Notes: a model not told the origin generated them from the letters alone. DNA of 64,000 nt from an uncultured Cytophagia bacterium (GCA_964605145.1 CAZSBG010000009.1:28727-92726); one strand, 5' to 3'; counted from the first letter of the stretch, positions 40,285 to 50,900 are shown. Translations and numbers: made by a program.

Positions 40285-42381
40285 CTATTTCAAACCTTTT
40301 CGTTTGAGCAGCGGTTCGATGCTCGGCTCAGCGCCGCGGAACCGTTTATACAATACCATGGGATCTTCGGTGCCGCCGGCAGCTAAAATATGGGTGCGGA
40401 ATTTTGTCGCCGTTTCCTTGTCGAACAGGCTGGTTTCTTTGAATGCCTGAAATGCGTCCGCGTCCAGCACTTCGGACCAGATGTAGCTATAATAACCGGC
40501 AGAGTACCCACCAGAAAAAATGTGACGGAAATACGGGCTGCGGTATCTCACCACGATTTCCGGAATCAATCCAATTTTTTTCATGGATTTGTTCTCAAAC
40601 TGAATGGCGTCTTTTTCTTCCGGGGTCTCCAGGGTGTGCCAGTCCATGTCCAGAAAAGAAGCTGCCAGATATTCCACTGTGGCAAATCCCTGGTTGAAAT
40701 GACGCGCCTTTTTGATTTTTTCGATGAGTTCATCCGGAATTGGCTCGTCGGTTTCAAAATGTTTGTAGTACAATTTCATCACCTCCGGTTCCGAAGCCCA
40801 GTTCTCCATAATTTGCGAGGGCAATTCCACAAAATCGCGGGGAACGGCTGTGCCGGACAATCTTTCATAAGAGCAGTTGGACAATAATCCATGCAGCGCA
40901 TGGCCAAATTCGTGGAACATAGTGGACACTTCTTCAAATGTGAGCAGCGATGGTTTATCGCCGGTGGGTTTGGAGAAATTGCCCACATTGCAGATCACCG
41001 GGGTAATCATTTGTCCATCTTTCCGGGATTGTTTCCGGTAGGAGCTCATCCAGGCGCCACCGCGTTTGCTTTCCCGCGGAAAATAATCGACGTACAAAAT
41101 ACCAATGTGAGTGCCATCGGCTTCTTTCACTTCAAATACGTTAACGTCTTCATGGTACACCGGTATGTCATTGCGTTCATCGAGCGTAATTCCGAAAAGC
41201 TTATTGGCCACATCGAAAACACCCTGACGCACATTTTCCAGCTTGAAGTAGGGACGCAGCACTTCATCGTCCAGCTCGTATTTTGCTTTCTTCAGCTTTT
41301 CTGCGTAATACCACCAGTCCCAGGGCTGCAATTTGAAATTTTCCCCTCCATCAAAAATCATGGATTGCAGCTCATACGCTTCCTTTTTTGCCATGGTGAG
41401 GGCAGGCTCCCAAAGTTTATAGAGCAAATCGTAAACATTGGCCGGCGCTTTTGCCATATTTTCTTCAAGCACGAAATGAGCGTGTGTTTTGTAATCCAGC
41501 AATTTTGCCCGTTCCACACGAAGGGCGGCAATTCTTGAAAGAATTTTTTTGTTGTCGTATTTGTTATCATTATCGCCTCGATTGATGTAGGCTTTGAAAA
41601 TCTTTTCCCTGAGATCGCGTTTTTCTGAATATTGCAGGAAGGGGATCATGCTGGGTTTGTGCAGCGTGAACACCCACTTGCCTTCATGGTCGCGCTGTTT
41701 GGCAGCTTCAGCCGCGCCAATAACGGCTGCTTCAGGCAATCCTGCGAGATCAGCTTCATTTTCAATCACAAGCTCAAATGCGTTGTCTTCGGCTAAAACA
41801 TTGTTACCAAAATTCACGGTGAGTGTTGCAAGTTCTTCGTTTATTTTGCGTAGCGCTGCTTTTTTCTCATCATCCAGATTTGCGCCACCTCGCACAAAAT
41901 CCTTGAAATATTTTTCCAGCAGGGTTTCCTGTTCATTGGTGAGTTCCAGTTCATCTTTTTTCTCGAACACAGCTTTCACCCGCTGAAATAAAGTATCATT
42001 CAATAAAATATCATCTCCGTGTTTCGAAAGAAGCGGAGCCATTCTTTGCTGTATGTTCTGGAGAGAGTCGTTCGTGTTCGCTGAAGTCATGTTGAAGAAT
42101 ACATTGGTTGCATTAGTGAGCAACTCTCCGGAATGTTCCATGGCTTCGATGGTATTTTCGAAGGTGGGTTCTTCATGATTATTGGCAATGGATCGTATTT
42201 CTTCGATGTGTTGCTTCATTCCCTGTACAATGGCAGGCTCAAAATGCTCGTCTTTAATTTTGTTGAAAGGTGGCGTTTTGAACGGTGTTTTCCATTCCGT
42301 AAAAAATGGATTGCCGCTGTCCTGTGCACAGAATGAAAATAACAGACTGACAATAACGGTAAGCAATAGTACTTTTTTCAT
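40285..42381 (-). CDS. dcp: M3 family peptidyl-dipeptidase (Dcp/oligopeptidase A-like), secreted
   Basis: A signal peptide is followed by the zinc site HEFGHALH in a 698-aa protein. Confidence 0.85.
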   Translation of the reverse strand: MKKVLLLTVIVSLLFSFCAQDSGNPFFTEWKTPFKTPPFNKIKDEHFEPAIVQGMKQHIEEIRSIANNHEEPTFENTIEAMEHSGELLTNATNVFFNMTSANTNDSLQNIQQRMAPLLSKHGDDILLNDTLFQRVKAVFEKKDELELTNEQETLLEKYFKDFVRGGANLDDEKKAALRKINEELATLTVNFGNNVLAEDNAFELVIENEADLAGLPEAAVIGAAEAAKQRDHEGKWVFTLHKPSMIPFLQYSEKRDLREKIFKAYINRGDNDNKYDNKKILSRIAALRVERAKLLDYKTHAHFVLEENMAKAPANVYDLLYKLWEPALTMAKKEAYELQSMIFDGGENFKLQPWDWWYYAEKLKKAKYELDDEVLRPYFKLENVRQGVFDVANKLFGITLDERNDIPVYHEDVNVFEVKEADGTHIGILYVDYFPRESKRGGAWMSSYRKQSRKDGQMITPVICNVGNFSKPTGDKPSLLTFEEVSTMFHEFGHALHGLLSNCSYERLSGTAVPRDFVELPSQIMENWASEPEVMKLYYKHFETDEPIPDELIEKIKKARHFNQGFATVEYLAASFLDMDWHTLETPEEKDAIQFENKSMKKIGLIPEIVVRYRSPYFRHIFSGGYSAGYYSYIWSEVLDADAFQAFKETSLFDKETATKFRTHILAAGGTEDPMVLYKRFRGAEPSIEPLLKRKGLK

Positions 42382-42572
42382 GCGAATTGTTCCTCTGTTT
42401 AGTTAGTGGATTGGAATTATTTGCCATAAAAATAAGAATTTATTTGAATAAATTCAAGGATTTTTTGGAAGGAAAGGAAAATTTTTATAATCCTGATGAA
42501 GAACCAAGTTGCTCAACAATAATTGAAGATATTTTGATGTAAGATAAAGAAATCATGAATAAGGTGATTCAT

Positions 42573-42614
42573 AAAAAAAAGATCATGTACGAAAAAATGA
42601 TCGTACATGATCTT
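42573..42614 (-). terminator. Intrinsic terminator after small Rho_N-like gene
   Basis: Read on the minus strand, AAGATCATGTACG-loop-CGTACATGATCTT is followed by TTTTTTTT. Confidence 0.6.
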
Positions 42615-42636
42615 CGTGATGTTGTCGAATCGTTTA

Positions 42637-42966
42637 TCAAACTGTCGCGCGCTTCAACGCGTTTTTCAGTTTTTTCATTTGATTCCGAACCGCTTTCAAT
42701 TCTTTATTGTCATGTGCTTCCAGGGCGGCGTCTCGTTTCTTTTTCAATTGCCGTATTTGAGATTTGATTTTTGATTTATTAACACCAACCACTTCATGGT
42801 GGATGTGCATGTCGATATCCAGCGCTTTGCATACTGCTTCCAGCAAGTGCTCCTTGTTCAATTGAGTGTACCCCTGAACTGCTTCGTGTTCGGTTCCCGC
42901 AGCAATTTCACGAAGTTGAGCGACTGTCTTCTTCTTTAATTCTTCATAAGTGTGAGACATTGTCAT
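42637..42966 (-). CDS. Small hypothetical protein with Rho N-terminal-like helix
   Basis: The N-terminus YEELKKKTVAQLREIA resembles Rho_N or SAP-like segments. A basic coiled C-terminus follows. The gene has its own terminator. Confidence 0.4.
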   Translation of the reverse strand: MTMSHTYEELKKKTVAQLREIAAGTEHEAVQGYTQLNKEHLLEAVCKALDIDMHIHHEVVGVNKSKIKSQIRQLKKKRDAALEAHDNKELKAVRNQMKKLKNALKRATV

Positions 42967-43225
42967 CCTCCTCGACTAAGGTTCTCATTTTTTATGATTC
43001 GATACGATTAATTATATTTGTTCAAACGCGAATTATGCCAATTGCGCAAATTACCGGTTGTCTGTTCAAACAATTCGAAACTATTTTATTTCTCGACTAT
43101 TGCATATATCGTTTCACTTTTGACGTTTGCCATTTCACGTCTCACAATTATTTTAATGCATAAAAACCAAAAAGTCAATCACTTTTTTTAGAATACCGCG
43201 ACGTAGTCTCACCCAGTTTTTTTCA

Positions 43226-44245
43226 TCATCGATATTTATGAATTGCTTTTACCAGCGCTTCGACATTCTCGAATGGCGCGTCGTTTTCGATTTCCACGTA
43301 AAAAATACCGCCGCCGCCCAGTCGATGGTATCTTTCAGCATATCGCGCAATGGTCGCTTCGATTTGCTGCGGCGAGCCCAGCGGAATCAACGTTTGCCGA
43401 TCCGGGTGGATGTACAGCGTCATTCGGGCAGCTTCGCATTTTTCAAACAGGACCGGGTCTTTTTCGAAAAGCACCAACTGCGGCCAGAGTCCGTGAAAGC
43501 CCATATCGATGATTTCATCCAAAATTTCGCCCATAAATCCGCAGCAGTGAAAGAAAATTTTCCGATTCGCTTTCAGAATCGGTTGCATCATTTTTTCGTA
43601 GCGGGGTCTGAAAATTTCCCTGAACATGGCCGGCGAAATTAGCGTGGAGGATTGTGTGCCCCAGTCATCACCGAAGAAAATCACATCGATGCCGGTGTCG
43701 ATGAGCAAGTCGATGACCTTCATCCAGTGGTCCACGAGGCGATCCAGAAAAGCCAGCAGGTGCCTGTCTTCGGTGGCCAGGCCGATCATCAATTCATCCA
43801 TGGGCCGCAGCGAATGGAGCCGCTCCAGAATGGAAATCCAGCCGGAGATGAACAGGTGGGTGTCCTTTTTTTGCTGCACATCCGATTTTTGAAATTCCCG
43901 AAAACTGTCGATGGGGGGGAACTCGTAATCCTGAGCCGCTTCCCAGGAATCGAACGGAAATTTTTTGGGATGGCCCTGAATGCCGTAGATCAAAAACTCC
44001 CAGCAAATTCCCCATTCGTCGGTTTTGAATTCGTGATACGTGCCATTGGCATCGATGGCTTCGGCTGGCGGCTTCGGAATCGAGTTGAATGTAATCGGAT
44101 TGTCCGGCGGATATTCATTGAACAAATCCAGCATTTTCTGGCCGTGCACATACAGCCCGGCCGTGGAGGGATGATAAAACACCGGGATTTTATCGGGATT
44201 GTTGAAATTCATGGCGTCCAAAAAACGCTGTCTGGGAGTGCTCAT
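43226..44245 (-). CDS. Uroporphyrinogen decarboxylase (URO-D)-like family protein
   Basis: The N-terminus RQRFLDAMNFNNPDKIPV and the overall 339-aa TIM-barrel pattern resemble URO-D/MtaA-like proteins often found in glycan loci. Confidence 0.5.
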   Translation of the reverse strand: MSTPRQRFLDAMNFNNPDKIPVFYHPSTAGLYVHGQKMLDLFNEYPPDNPITFNSIPKPPAEAIDANGTYHEFKTDEWGICWEFLIYGIQGHPKKFPFDSWEAAQDYEFPPIDSFREFQKSDVQQKKDTHLFISGWISILERLHSLRPMDELMIGLATEDRHLLAFLDRLVDHWMKVIDLLIDTGIDVIFFGDDWGTQSSTLISPAMFREIFRPRYEKMMQPILKANRKIFFHCCGFMGEILDEIIDMGFHGLWPQLVLFEKDPVLFEKCEAARMTLYIHPDRQTLIPLGSPQQIEATIARYAERYHRLGGGGIFYVEIENDAPFENVEALVKAIHKYR

Positions 44246-44300
44246 GGTCGGTCTTTCATAAAATGAAAAAGAGATTCAAAATATAAAAAAGGGATTCCTT

Positions 44301-45260
44301 TCAATTTTCTTTCAGGATATCCCTGCAAATATCTGCAATTCTCGCGGCGGCGTTTCCGTTTTGAACCGGCTTCATTTTGCGAATTGTGTCTTCATCAAAA
44401 TCGGAAATTACTCTTTTATCCAATGCAGCAGCCACCAGGATTGTGGACGAATACCGCGTGATGAGCGTGTGGCAATTGGCGATCATTTCTTCTGCGCTGC
44501 CGCTGGTGTAAACCAATGCGTCCGGGGCTTGGCGGTTTATTTCCCGCGCCGCTCGCTCGTGATTTTCGTTGGGATGGAGTTTGAAAATTAACTGCCTGCC
44601 ATCGGCCTTTTCCAGAGCGAATTGGATAAATTTTTTCCTGTTTTCGAAATGATATTTTTCTCTCAAATCGGATGTGCACACCAGGACAAAGTCTTTATGC
44701 GGAAAATCATTATTCGCATATTCGATGCAATAATCAAAATTAGGAATGCCGGTCACGCGAATTTTCTCTGGCTTCACCCCACGCTCAATGAACATCTGTT
44801 TGAATCCCTCGCTGGCCACACAGAAAAATTCATAGTGATCATTCAGCCCGGCGATGGACGTGCCGGCCATCCATAGCGGTAAAAATTTGATTTTGGTTAC
44901 CAGATGAAACACCCAGTTGATGGGATCGATCATCCCTTCCTGAACGAGCACGACTTTTTTGCCGCGCAGGTTTTTCTGCACCAATAGGTCAGAGCAGGTA
45001 ACCACCAAATCGTAGTCGTCATTCTGTCCGCGAAAATCGATTTTCAGTTGGTGCTCATTTAAATAGTCCAAACATTTCTTGACTAATTTATTGCCCACCA
45101 CGGTCATTTCTGTGAGCTTCAGCCTGCGAAGATGTTCGACGACGCCGTCCGCATAATGGGGCGTGAAATAGGTGTCGTATTCAGAGAGTTCGGTGGCAAC
45201 CTTGTGCATTTGCGTTGTTTGATTGCGGCTGCCGCCGATGAAGAGAATTTTCTTTTTCAT
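44301..45260 (-). CDS. Hypothetical protein, possible glycosyltransferase or capsule-biosynthesis-like (KpsS/TagF-like HP motif)
   Basis: The only recognisable motif is FKLHPNENHE, with a Rossmann-like N-terminus. Function is not assignable from sequence alone. Confidence 0.3.
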   Translation of the reverse strand: MKKKILFIGGSRNQTTQMHKVATELSEYDTYFTPHYADGVVEHLRRLKLTEMTVVGNKLVKKCLDYLNEHQLKIDFRGQNDDYDLVVTCSDLLVQKNLRGKKVVLVQEGMIDPINWVFHLVTKIKFLPLWMAGTSIAGLNDHYEFFCVASEGFKQMFIERGVKPEKIRVTGIPNFDYCIEYANNDFPHKDFVLVCTSDLREKYHFENRKKFIQFALEKADGRQLIFKLHPNENHERAAREINRQAPDALVYTSGSAEEMIANCHTLITRYSSTILVAAALDKRVISDFDEDTIRKMKPVQNGNAAARIADICRDILKEN

Positions 45261-45322
45261 CGAAAATTAGTTTCGTTATTCAGTGTGAAATTTGGCAGGG
45301 GATTAAATTATAATTTTAGCCT

Positions 45323-45548
45323 CACTACCGGACACTTTTTCCAAAATTACATTTTAGATCAAATTGTCATGCCCGAATGCCATGTCCAGCTTCCATTAAA
45401 TTTATAAAGGATGACAGACTGGGCTTCTATCGGGCATCCATTTGACAAAATTTTATGAGATTCCCGCCAAAAACATGTGACCGAAGGGAATGCCTGTGGT
45501 ACGGGAATGACAGCTCTACTGAACATAATTTGAAAAGTGTCCGGTAGT
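45323..45548. repeat. MITE-like composite palindromic element, copy 3, bounded by an 17-18 bp perfect inverted repeat
   Basis: CACTACCGGACACTTTT at 45323 is reverse-complementary to GAAAAGTGTCCGGTAGTG at 45532. The interior holds TGTCATGCCCGA...TCGGGCAT and the family core ...CATGTGACCGAAGGGAATGCCTGTGGTACGGGAATGACA. Confidence 0.6.
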
Positions 45549-45697
45549 GAAAATATAGAAAAAAACTTGAGGAATGCAAGGAATAATTGAGGCGAACATT
45601 GTAACATCGAATTAGAAAATAATACAATTCTCAATTAGCCGTTGACAGTTATCAATCTTCAATTGTCAATAGCTAATTGTCAATGTACATTTATGAT

Positions 45698-47191
45698 TTA
45701 AAATTTCTCTTGCTCCGAAATCCATTCCACAACAGCGCCGTTCTGTTTCAATGCTTCCCGCAGCATTTTCACATCGATATTTCTGAACTCAATTTTGTTT
45801 TTCACGACCTGCGCAGCCGCGATGCCGGCAGCTTCGCCCATGGCAAAACACGGGGCCATCACGCGCAGCGGGCCTAACACATCGCGCTCCACGGAAATGG
45901 CGCGGCCGGGACATATCAAATTTTCCACCGGGTGCGGTACTAAAAGCCGATAGGGGATTGGCGTGACAGGCAGCTTTTTCTGCATCTGTTTATCGTGCAT
46001 GGGCTGGTAACTGGGACGTTTCGGATCCGGCAAATCCCAGCCATACGCCGAGAATCCAATGGTGTCCGGGAATTCTTTGCCTTCGATGAGGTCGTCCACG
46101 GTGAGCGTGTATTGGCCGAGAATGCGCCGCGTTTCGCGAACGCCTAACAGCGGCGCCACGGATTTGATGCGGGCATTCTGAAATCCCGGAAAATGCTTCT
46201 TCATTAATTCAAACAATTGCTGTGTTTCCCGCCGGCCGTGAATCATGCCGCGCGTTACCGATTTGCCGTCGGTTCCGTCGATGCCGGTGAGCCGTGATGT
46301 GTTGATCATCATCGAGCCTTTTTCGTGAAGCTGAACGCTGATGAAAATATCGTACGGGAACGGCCATTCACCAGCCTGGCGCAATTCCTTTATTCTCTCC
46401 CTGAACCGCGGGGAATCGTGCGTTGTAATGTATTTCGCCAATTCATCCTGATTTACATGCGTCACATGAAATTGCAGCGTGGCCGGGGTCGTCAGCCCGT
46501 CGCTTTCGCGGCCCTTTACGTAGCGGCAACCGCTTCGGGCGGCGATGTCAGCGTCGCCGGTGGCATCGATGACCGCAGTCGCCGGCACGGCGGCCAGGCC
46601 GCTTTTGTTGAAAATTATCACATGGGTGATGCGATTTTGACTTACTCGCACATCCACAACCTGGGTGAGCAAGAGCAGGTTTATGCCGCCAGTTTCGATT
46701 TTTTCATCCAGAAACGCGGCCATGGCATAAGGATCGAACGGGATGCCTGTGGCCAACTGGCCCTTGTACCATCCGTGAGGCTGATATTTTATTTCGGAAT
46801 CCGGCGTTGGAATGAGCGCGATGCCGGCTTTCTCGGCTTCCTGCACCATGGTTCGGAACAGTCCGCCAACTGCCCATCGGCTGCCATCGTCGGTGCGACC
46901 GCCCAGCCAGTGGGACACCAATCCGGAAATGCTCATCCCGCCCAATTGTCCCTGGCTTTCGATGAGCAGCACTTTTTGCTTGGCGCGCCGGGCAGCTAAC
47001 ACCGCAGCAATGCCGGCGGGTCCGCCTCCGCAGACGACAGCATCGTACGCCTCAATTATGGGAATATCCCGGTTGAAGGAAAGCGTTGAACTATTTTTCG
47101 AACGCGCCGTTTTCCAGGGCAAAATCGACGAAAAAATCGCCCCGGTCGTCGCGCCCAAAAATTTTCGACGGTTGAGGGAGGTCGGTTTCAT
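45698..47191 (-). CDS. FAD-dependent oxidoreductase with twin-arginine signal
   Basis: The TAT signal is RRKFLGATTGA and the FAD-binding site is DAVVCGGGPAGIAAV. Confidence 0.75.
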   Translation of the reverse strand: MKPTSLNRRKFLGATTGAIFSSILPWKTARSKNSSTLSFNRDIPIIEAYDAVVCGGGPAGIAAVLAARRAKQKVLLIESQGQLGGMSISGLVSHWLGGRTDDGSRWAVGGLFRTMVQEAEKAGIALIPTPDSEIKYQPHGWYKGQLATGIPFDPYAMAAFLDEKIETGGINLLLLTQVVDVRVSQNRITHVIIFNKSGLAAVPATAVIDATGDADIAARSGCRYVKGRESDGLTTPATLQFHVTHVNQDELAKYITTHDSPRFRERIKELRQAGEWPFPYDIFISVQLHEKGSMMINTSRLTGIDGTDGKSVTRGMIHGRRETQQLFELMKKHFPGFQNARIKSVAPLLGVRETRRILGQYTLTVDDLIEGKEFPDTIGFSAYGWDLPDPKRPSYQPMHDKQMQKKLPVTPIPYRLLVPHPVENLICPGRAISVERDVLGPLRVMAPCFAMGEAAGIAAAQVVKNKIEFRNIDVKMLREALKQNGAVVEWISEQEKF

Positions 47192-47286
47192 TTTATTCCT
47201 TTATTTGTTTAGTATTCAGTTGCCACGAAGCCTCGAAGTCTCGAAGGCAAAGTATTCCTTTCAAGAAACTTGATTTTTTTTCCAAT

Positions 47287-47316
47287 GTCATTCCCGCATT
47301 CTGTTGGCGGAATCCA
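47287..47316. repeat. Partial MITE-like element (left end only), copy 4
   Basis: TGTCATTCCCGCATTCTGTTGGCGGAATCC matches the left terminus and first hairpin of the 59876 copy. No right terminus is present. Confidence 0.35.
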
Positions 47317-47862
47317 TTGATTGTGCAAGACTTGAAATGCAAATAGAATCGTTTCTAATTAGTAAGTTTTTGGTTTTTCGTTTTCAAATAGATTTGCGCC
47401 TTCACCGAATCTTGGACACTGTTTTGGAAATGAAAAATATACTACTGATTTTTTAATCCTTTGTAGCTCATAATTCATTTTATTGGGATCTGTTCGAAAT
47501 TGTGTGGGTAATTTTAAATCAGTCAAAAACTAACCAGGGCGCGGAGAATGAACAGAGTTCGCAGAGTTTTTTTAATTTAAAAGCTTTGTGACAACAACTT
47601 ATTAGTCGAAAAGACAACGTTTTTTCAGAATTATAAAGATTCAACAATAACTTCTTTTTAAATAAGTGAAGACACTGTTTATAAAAATATGAAATTGAAC
47701 TTACCCATGTTAATTCGTTTTTTTTCTTAGCGATCGTTGCTTTCCATTGCGTCCTTGCGGTTAATATTTTTGACCCACCCGAATATGATTAGAACCTTTA
47801 TTTTAAATCTGCGTGTATCAGTGAATATCTGTGTCTCAACCCAAAAAGGAGTAAAAATTAAT

Positions 47863-48093
47863 TTAGCTCTGCTTCGTCCCTGTATAAACAAACGCGTGTC
47901 GGTTCATTTTGATGTACCCACCCATAACCGTTCCGATAATTTTGCCGCACGGGCATAGCACATTCGTCCCGTCAAATTCGGCGTCATAAATTTTGGTGAT
48001 CCGCGAGCGGTAGCATCGCAGCACCTCGCCGCTGCCGATTTTTTCGTACTTCCAAAGTTTTCGCTTGCAGCCGGCGCATTTTATGGTTAACAT
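47863..48093 (-). CDS. Small zinc-ribbon protein (hypothetical)
   Basis: The 76-aa ORF has CAGC...C and CPCG Cys pairs. It lies directly downstream of the large secreted protein gene on the same strand. Confidence 0.4.
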   Translation of the reverse strand: MLTIKCAGCKRKLWKYEKIGSGEVLRCYRSRITKIYDAEFDGTNVLCPCGKIIGTVMGGYIKMNRHAFVYTGTKQS

Positions 48094-48141
48094 GTGATTT
48101 CCATTTTCTTAATTTCTTTAGCTCACAATTCGGGAGCCATT

Positions 48142-50619
48142 CTATTTTGTCACCGCCGCCGGATTGAATTTGAATGTGACGCCTAAAATCAAAAACCAGG
48201 GTTTGTCATCATCCCGACTTTCCGTGATTACAGCTTCATCGCTCGTTGAATGATTGTAACTGTTGGCGGTAAATTGTTTGCCAAGCCCTAAAATCATGTG
48301 GTTCCACAGGACCATGGAAACGCCGGCGCCAATGTCGGCATTGAAACCATCGTCTGTGTTGGGATTCATAATATAGGCGCTGACGTTCATTTTTGCCCAG
48401 GTGAGACGATCGTCGAAGCGGTAATTCAACCCCAGCGCAATGTCGCCCAGAAGTTGAACATTGTCTCCGTTCATTGGAATGCGCATGGCCGTGACCCCTG
48501 TGGCTGCTTCCACGCGTTCATGCCATTTGCTCACTGTTTTCAATCGGAGTGAATATTCATTCTGATGGTTGATATTGGAGATGGAAAGGCGAAGTACGTT
48601 GCCTGGCTGAATTTGTCCGCTGAGGCTAATGGGCAGATACTCGGCTGGTTTGCCGGGTACAATGGTATCCGAGCGCGTGAAGAACGGAACCGAATTCAAT
48701 GAGTCGAGTCTGGCTTCGATGGAGACAATCTGTTTCCCTTCGGCCTCTGCTATTTTGCTTCCATCCAGCTCCAATTGAAAAACACCGCGCGAATAAATTT
48801 CCTGTTCGGCATAGGTGAGTTTGCGCAGTCTTGGAAACCGTCCCTTGCCCCAGCGAATATAGTTGTCGAAATTCACCCACTGTTTCACCCGTATGGGAAT
48901 GGTCTCGAATGAAAGACCATCTTTGCTCAACATGATTTCATAATTCCCGTCCATAATGGCATTGCCAGCAGTGATCGAAGCGACCAGTTGATTTTGCGTT
49001 GATTTGATTTCAGAAATGACGATGTTTTCATCTGTGATTAAACTGGCTTTGGCGAGTTGATTCCCATTGAGGATAATCGTCAAACGCTCCCCGGGGTGAA
49101 GAATTAATTTCGGCGGATTTTTGATTGTCGGTGGGAAATAGGCATCCACTTCGCCTGTCCATTCAGCGACCTTGCTTTTTTCGCCAACAGAAAAACTCAA
49201 TTTCAAATTTTCAGTGTCAGAACTCAATGTTTGACCTGTAGGCAGATCGATGAGCGCGCGGAGCGTTACCTGGTTCACATATTCTGCCGGAAATGAACTG
49301 CTTCCAATTTTTACCTCGTATTTCGAGCCCCGGCTGAATTTTCGCCGTTGGGCGTCTTTCTCCGGGAAGATGATGAATTCCATAGTGGTCGGTTTTCCGA
49401 AATATAATCGCTGCGCGCGATTTTTGATGGCTGGCGAGGCAATGGCAAATCGTCGCGACGCCAGTATTGTCCCGCGCGTAGACTGGCCGTCCGGATTGGT
49501 GACGATCACCTGATAATTCACATTATTTCGGGTAATGGGCACGCGCACGTGAAATTGCAGTTCCGTTCGGTCTTTGAAAATCATGGGTGCAGTATTTGCC
49601 CCTGTAAGTTGAGGAAGCACAACCCGCGCGTTACGCGAAAAATTCATTCCCTTGATGGTAATCGACTGAACCGAGCCGTCGGCGCGGAGCTCATCCGGAT
49701 TAAAATTGATGATAAACGGGCGTTCCGCTGATTTGATGTTGAGAACGCCATCGAAGTTCGTCATGGCAAACGGATGGGAAATGCGAAATTTTTGCGGCCC
49801 GATTTCAGGGGGCCTGTTTTTGTCGATTTCCAAATGTGCAATAAGTTGGGTGATATCTGAATTGCTTGATGTCGGCGAACTCGTCACGGTGATCGCCGGG
49901 TCGTCGAAGATTATTCGCGAATCCTTGTAAAAACCCTGGCCTTTGACCACGATATCGACTGAAGTGTTTGAATCTTTGAATAATTGCAATGTGTCCTGCA
50001 ACGTGTTTTTCGATAGAATATGAACCGAATGTATCTCCGGACGAGGCGCTCGGAATTCTATGAATCCCATTGCTTTGGTTGTTTTATTCTGCGGCTTCTT
50101 TGCATGTTTGAAAATCAGGGATCGATATTGTCGTACGGCTGTTTCTTCTATCTTTGTGTGAAGAATATTTTCAAAGTTTCGTTCCCCCACACAAAGCTGG
50201 TTTTTTAGGGATTCCAGCGTAGCCAGGATGTTGAATGGCAATCCCTCAGATTTCAGGTTCGATAAAACGTCGTCATTGATGAGAAAAGAGGATTTGGATT
50301 TGATCTGAAAGTATCTCTTGCCCAATTCATTCAATCCGGGCAAAACATTACAGGTAAATACAAGCGTATTTTTATTCTCTCGCCGAATTGTTTCAAGTTG
50401 TATAAAATTCTCTAACTCGTCCCAGAGCAAGGTGTCTGTATCAATAAATTCTAATTTTGAACTGTAGATGCTTCGCATGAATGAAAATTCCTGACCGGGT
50501 GATACGCTAACAGGCTGGACTTGAATGAGATCGGATTGAGCGAACACATTTTTGGGGTGGTTGTAAAAAATACTGAGCGTTAAAAGAAAGAATAGCAAAG
50601 TAAATTTTTGTAACTTCAT
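48142..50619 (-). CDS. Large secreted hypothetical protein (825 aa), possible outer-membrane or surface protein
   Basis: It has a signal peptide and several beta-rich repeats. The C-terminal Gly- and aromatic-rich segment ends in ...FKFNPAAVTK, but I recognise no enzymatic motif. Confidence 0.5.
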   Translation of the reverse strand: MKLQKFTLLFFLLTLSIFYNHPKNVFAQSDLIQVQPVSVSPGQEFSFMRSIYSSKLEFIDTDTLLWDELENFIQLETIRRENKNTLVFTCNVLPGLNELGKRYFQIKSKSSFLINDDVLSNLKSEGLPFNILATLESLKNQLCVGERNFENILHTKIEETAVRQYRSLIFKHAKKPQNKTTKAMGFIEFRAPRPEIHSVHILSKNTLQDTLQLFKDSNTSVDIVVKGQGFYKDSRIIFDDPAITVTSSPTSSNSDITQLIAHLEIDKNRPPEIGPQKFRISHPFAMTNFDGVLNIKSAERPFIINFNPDELRADGSVQSITIKGMNFSRNARVVLPQLTGANTAPMIFKDRTELQFHVRVPITRNNVNYQVIVTNPDGQSTRGTILASRRFAIASPAIKNRAQRLYFGKPTTMEFIIFPEKDAQRRKFSRGSKYEVKIGSSSFPAEYVNQVTLRALIDLPTGQTLSSDTENLKLSFSVGEKSKVAEWTGEVDAYFPPTIKNPPKLILHPGERLTIILNGNQLAKASLITDENIVISEIKSTQNQLVASITAGNAIMDGNYEIMLSKDGLSFETIPIRVKQWVNFDNYIRWGKGRFPRLRKLTYAEQEIYSRGVFQLELDGSKIAEAEGKQIVSIEARLDSLNSVPFFTRSDTIVPGKPAEYLPISLSGQIQPGNVLRLSISNINHQNEYSLRLKTVSKWHERVEAATGVTAMRIPMNGDNVQLLGDIALGLNYRFDDRLTWAKMNVSAYIMNPNTDDGFNADIGAGVSMVLWNHMILGLGKQFTANSYNHSTSDEAVITESRDDDKPWFLILGVTFKFNPAAVTK

Positions 50620-50863
50620 GAATACATACTCCCGAAAATAATGTTACAAACTGAAGAATATAAGTGGCTTCGCCAGAATAGAGATCTGTTTATTCCATCG
50701 CTGTACATCACTGGATGACAGTGTTTTTTGATCTGATCGATGGATTCATTGATTTTGAAATACAATGTACGATAAAAATGAAATTATTTCAAGTATAACT
50801 TTGGATAATTTTGATGGTTTTTTTCTTTGGATTTGATATGATTGAGTTAAAGAATTTGATCAT

Positions 50864-50900
50864 AAAAAAAAGAGCAGGTAAATCTTTCTACCCGCTCTTT
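50864..50900 (-). terminator. Intrinsic terminator after DUF4870 gene
   Basis: Read on the minus strand, AAGAGCGGGTAG-AAAGAT-TTACCTGCTCTT is followed by TTTTTTT. Confidence 0.55.
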
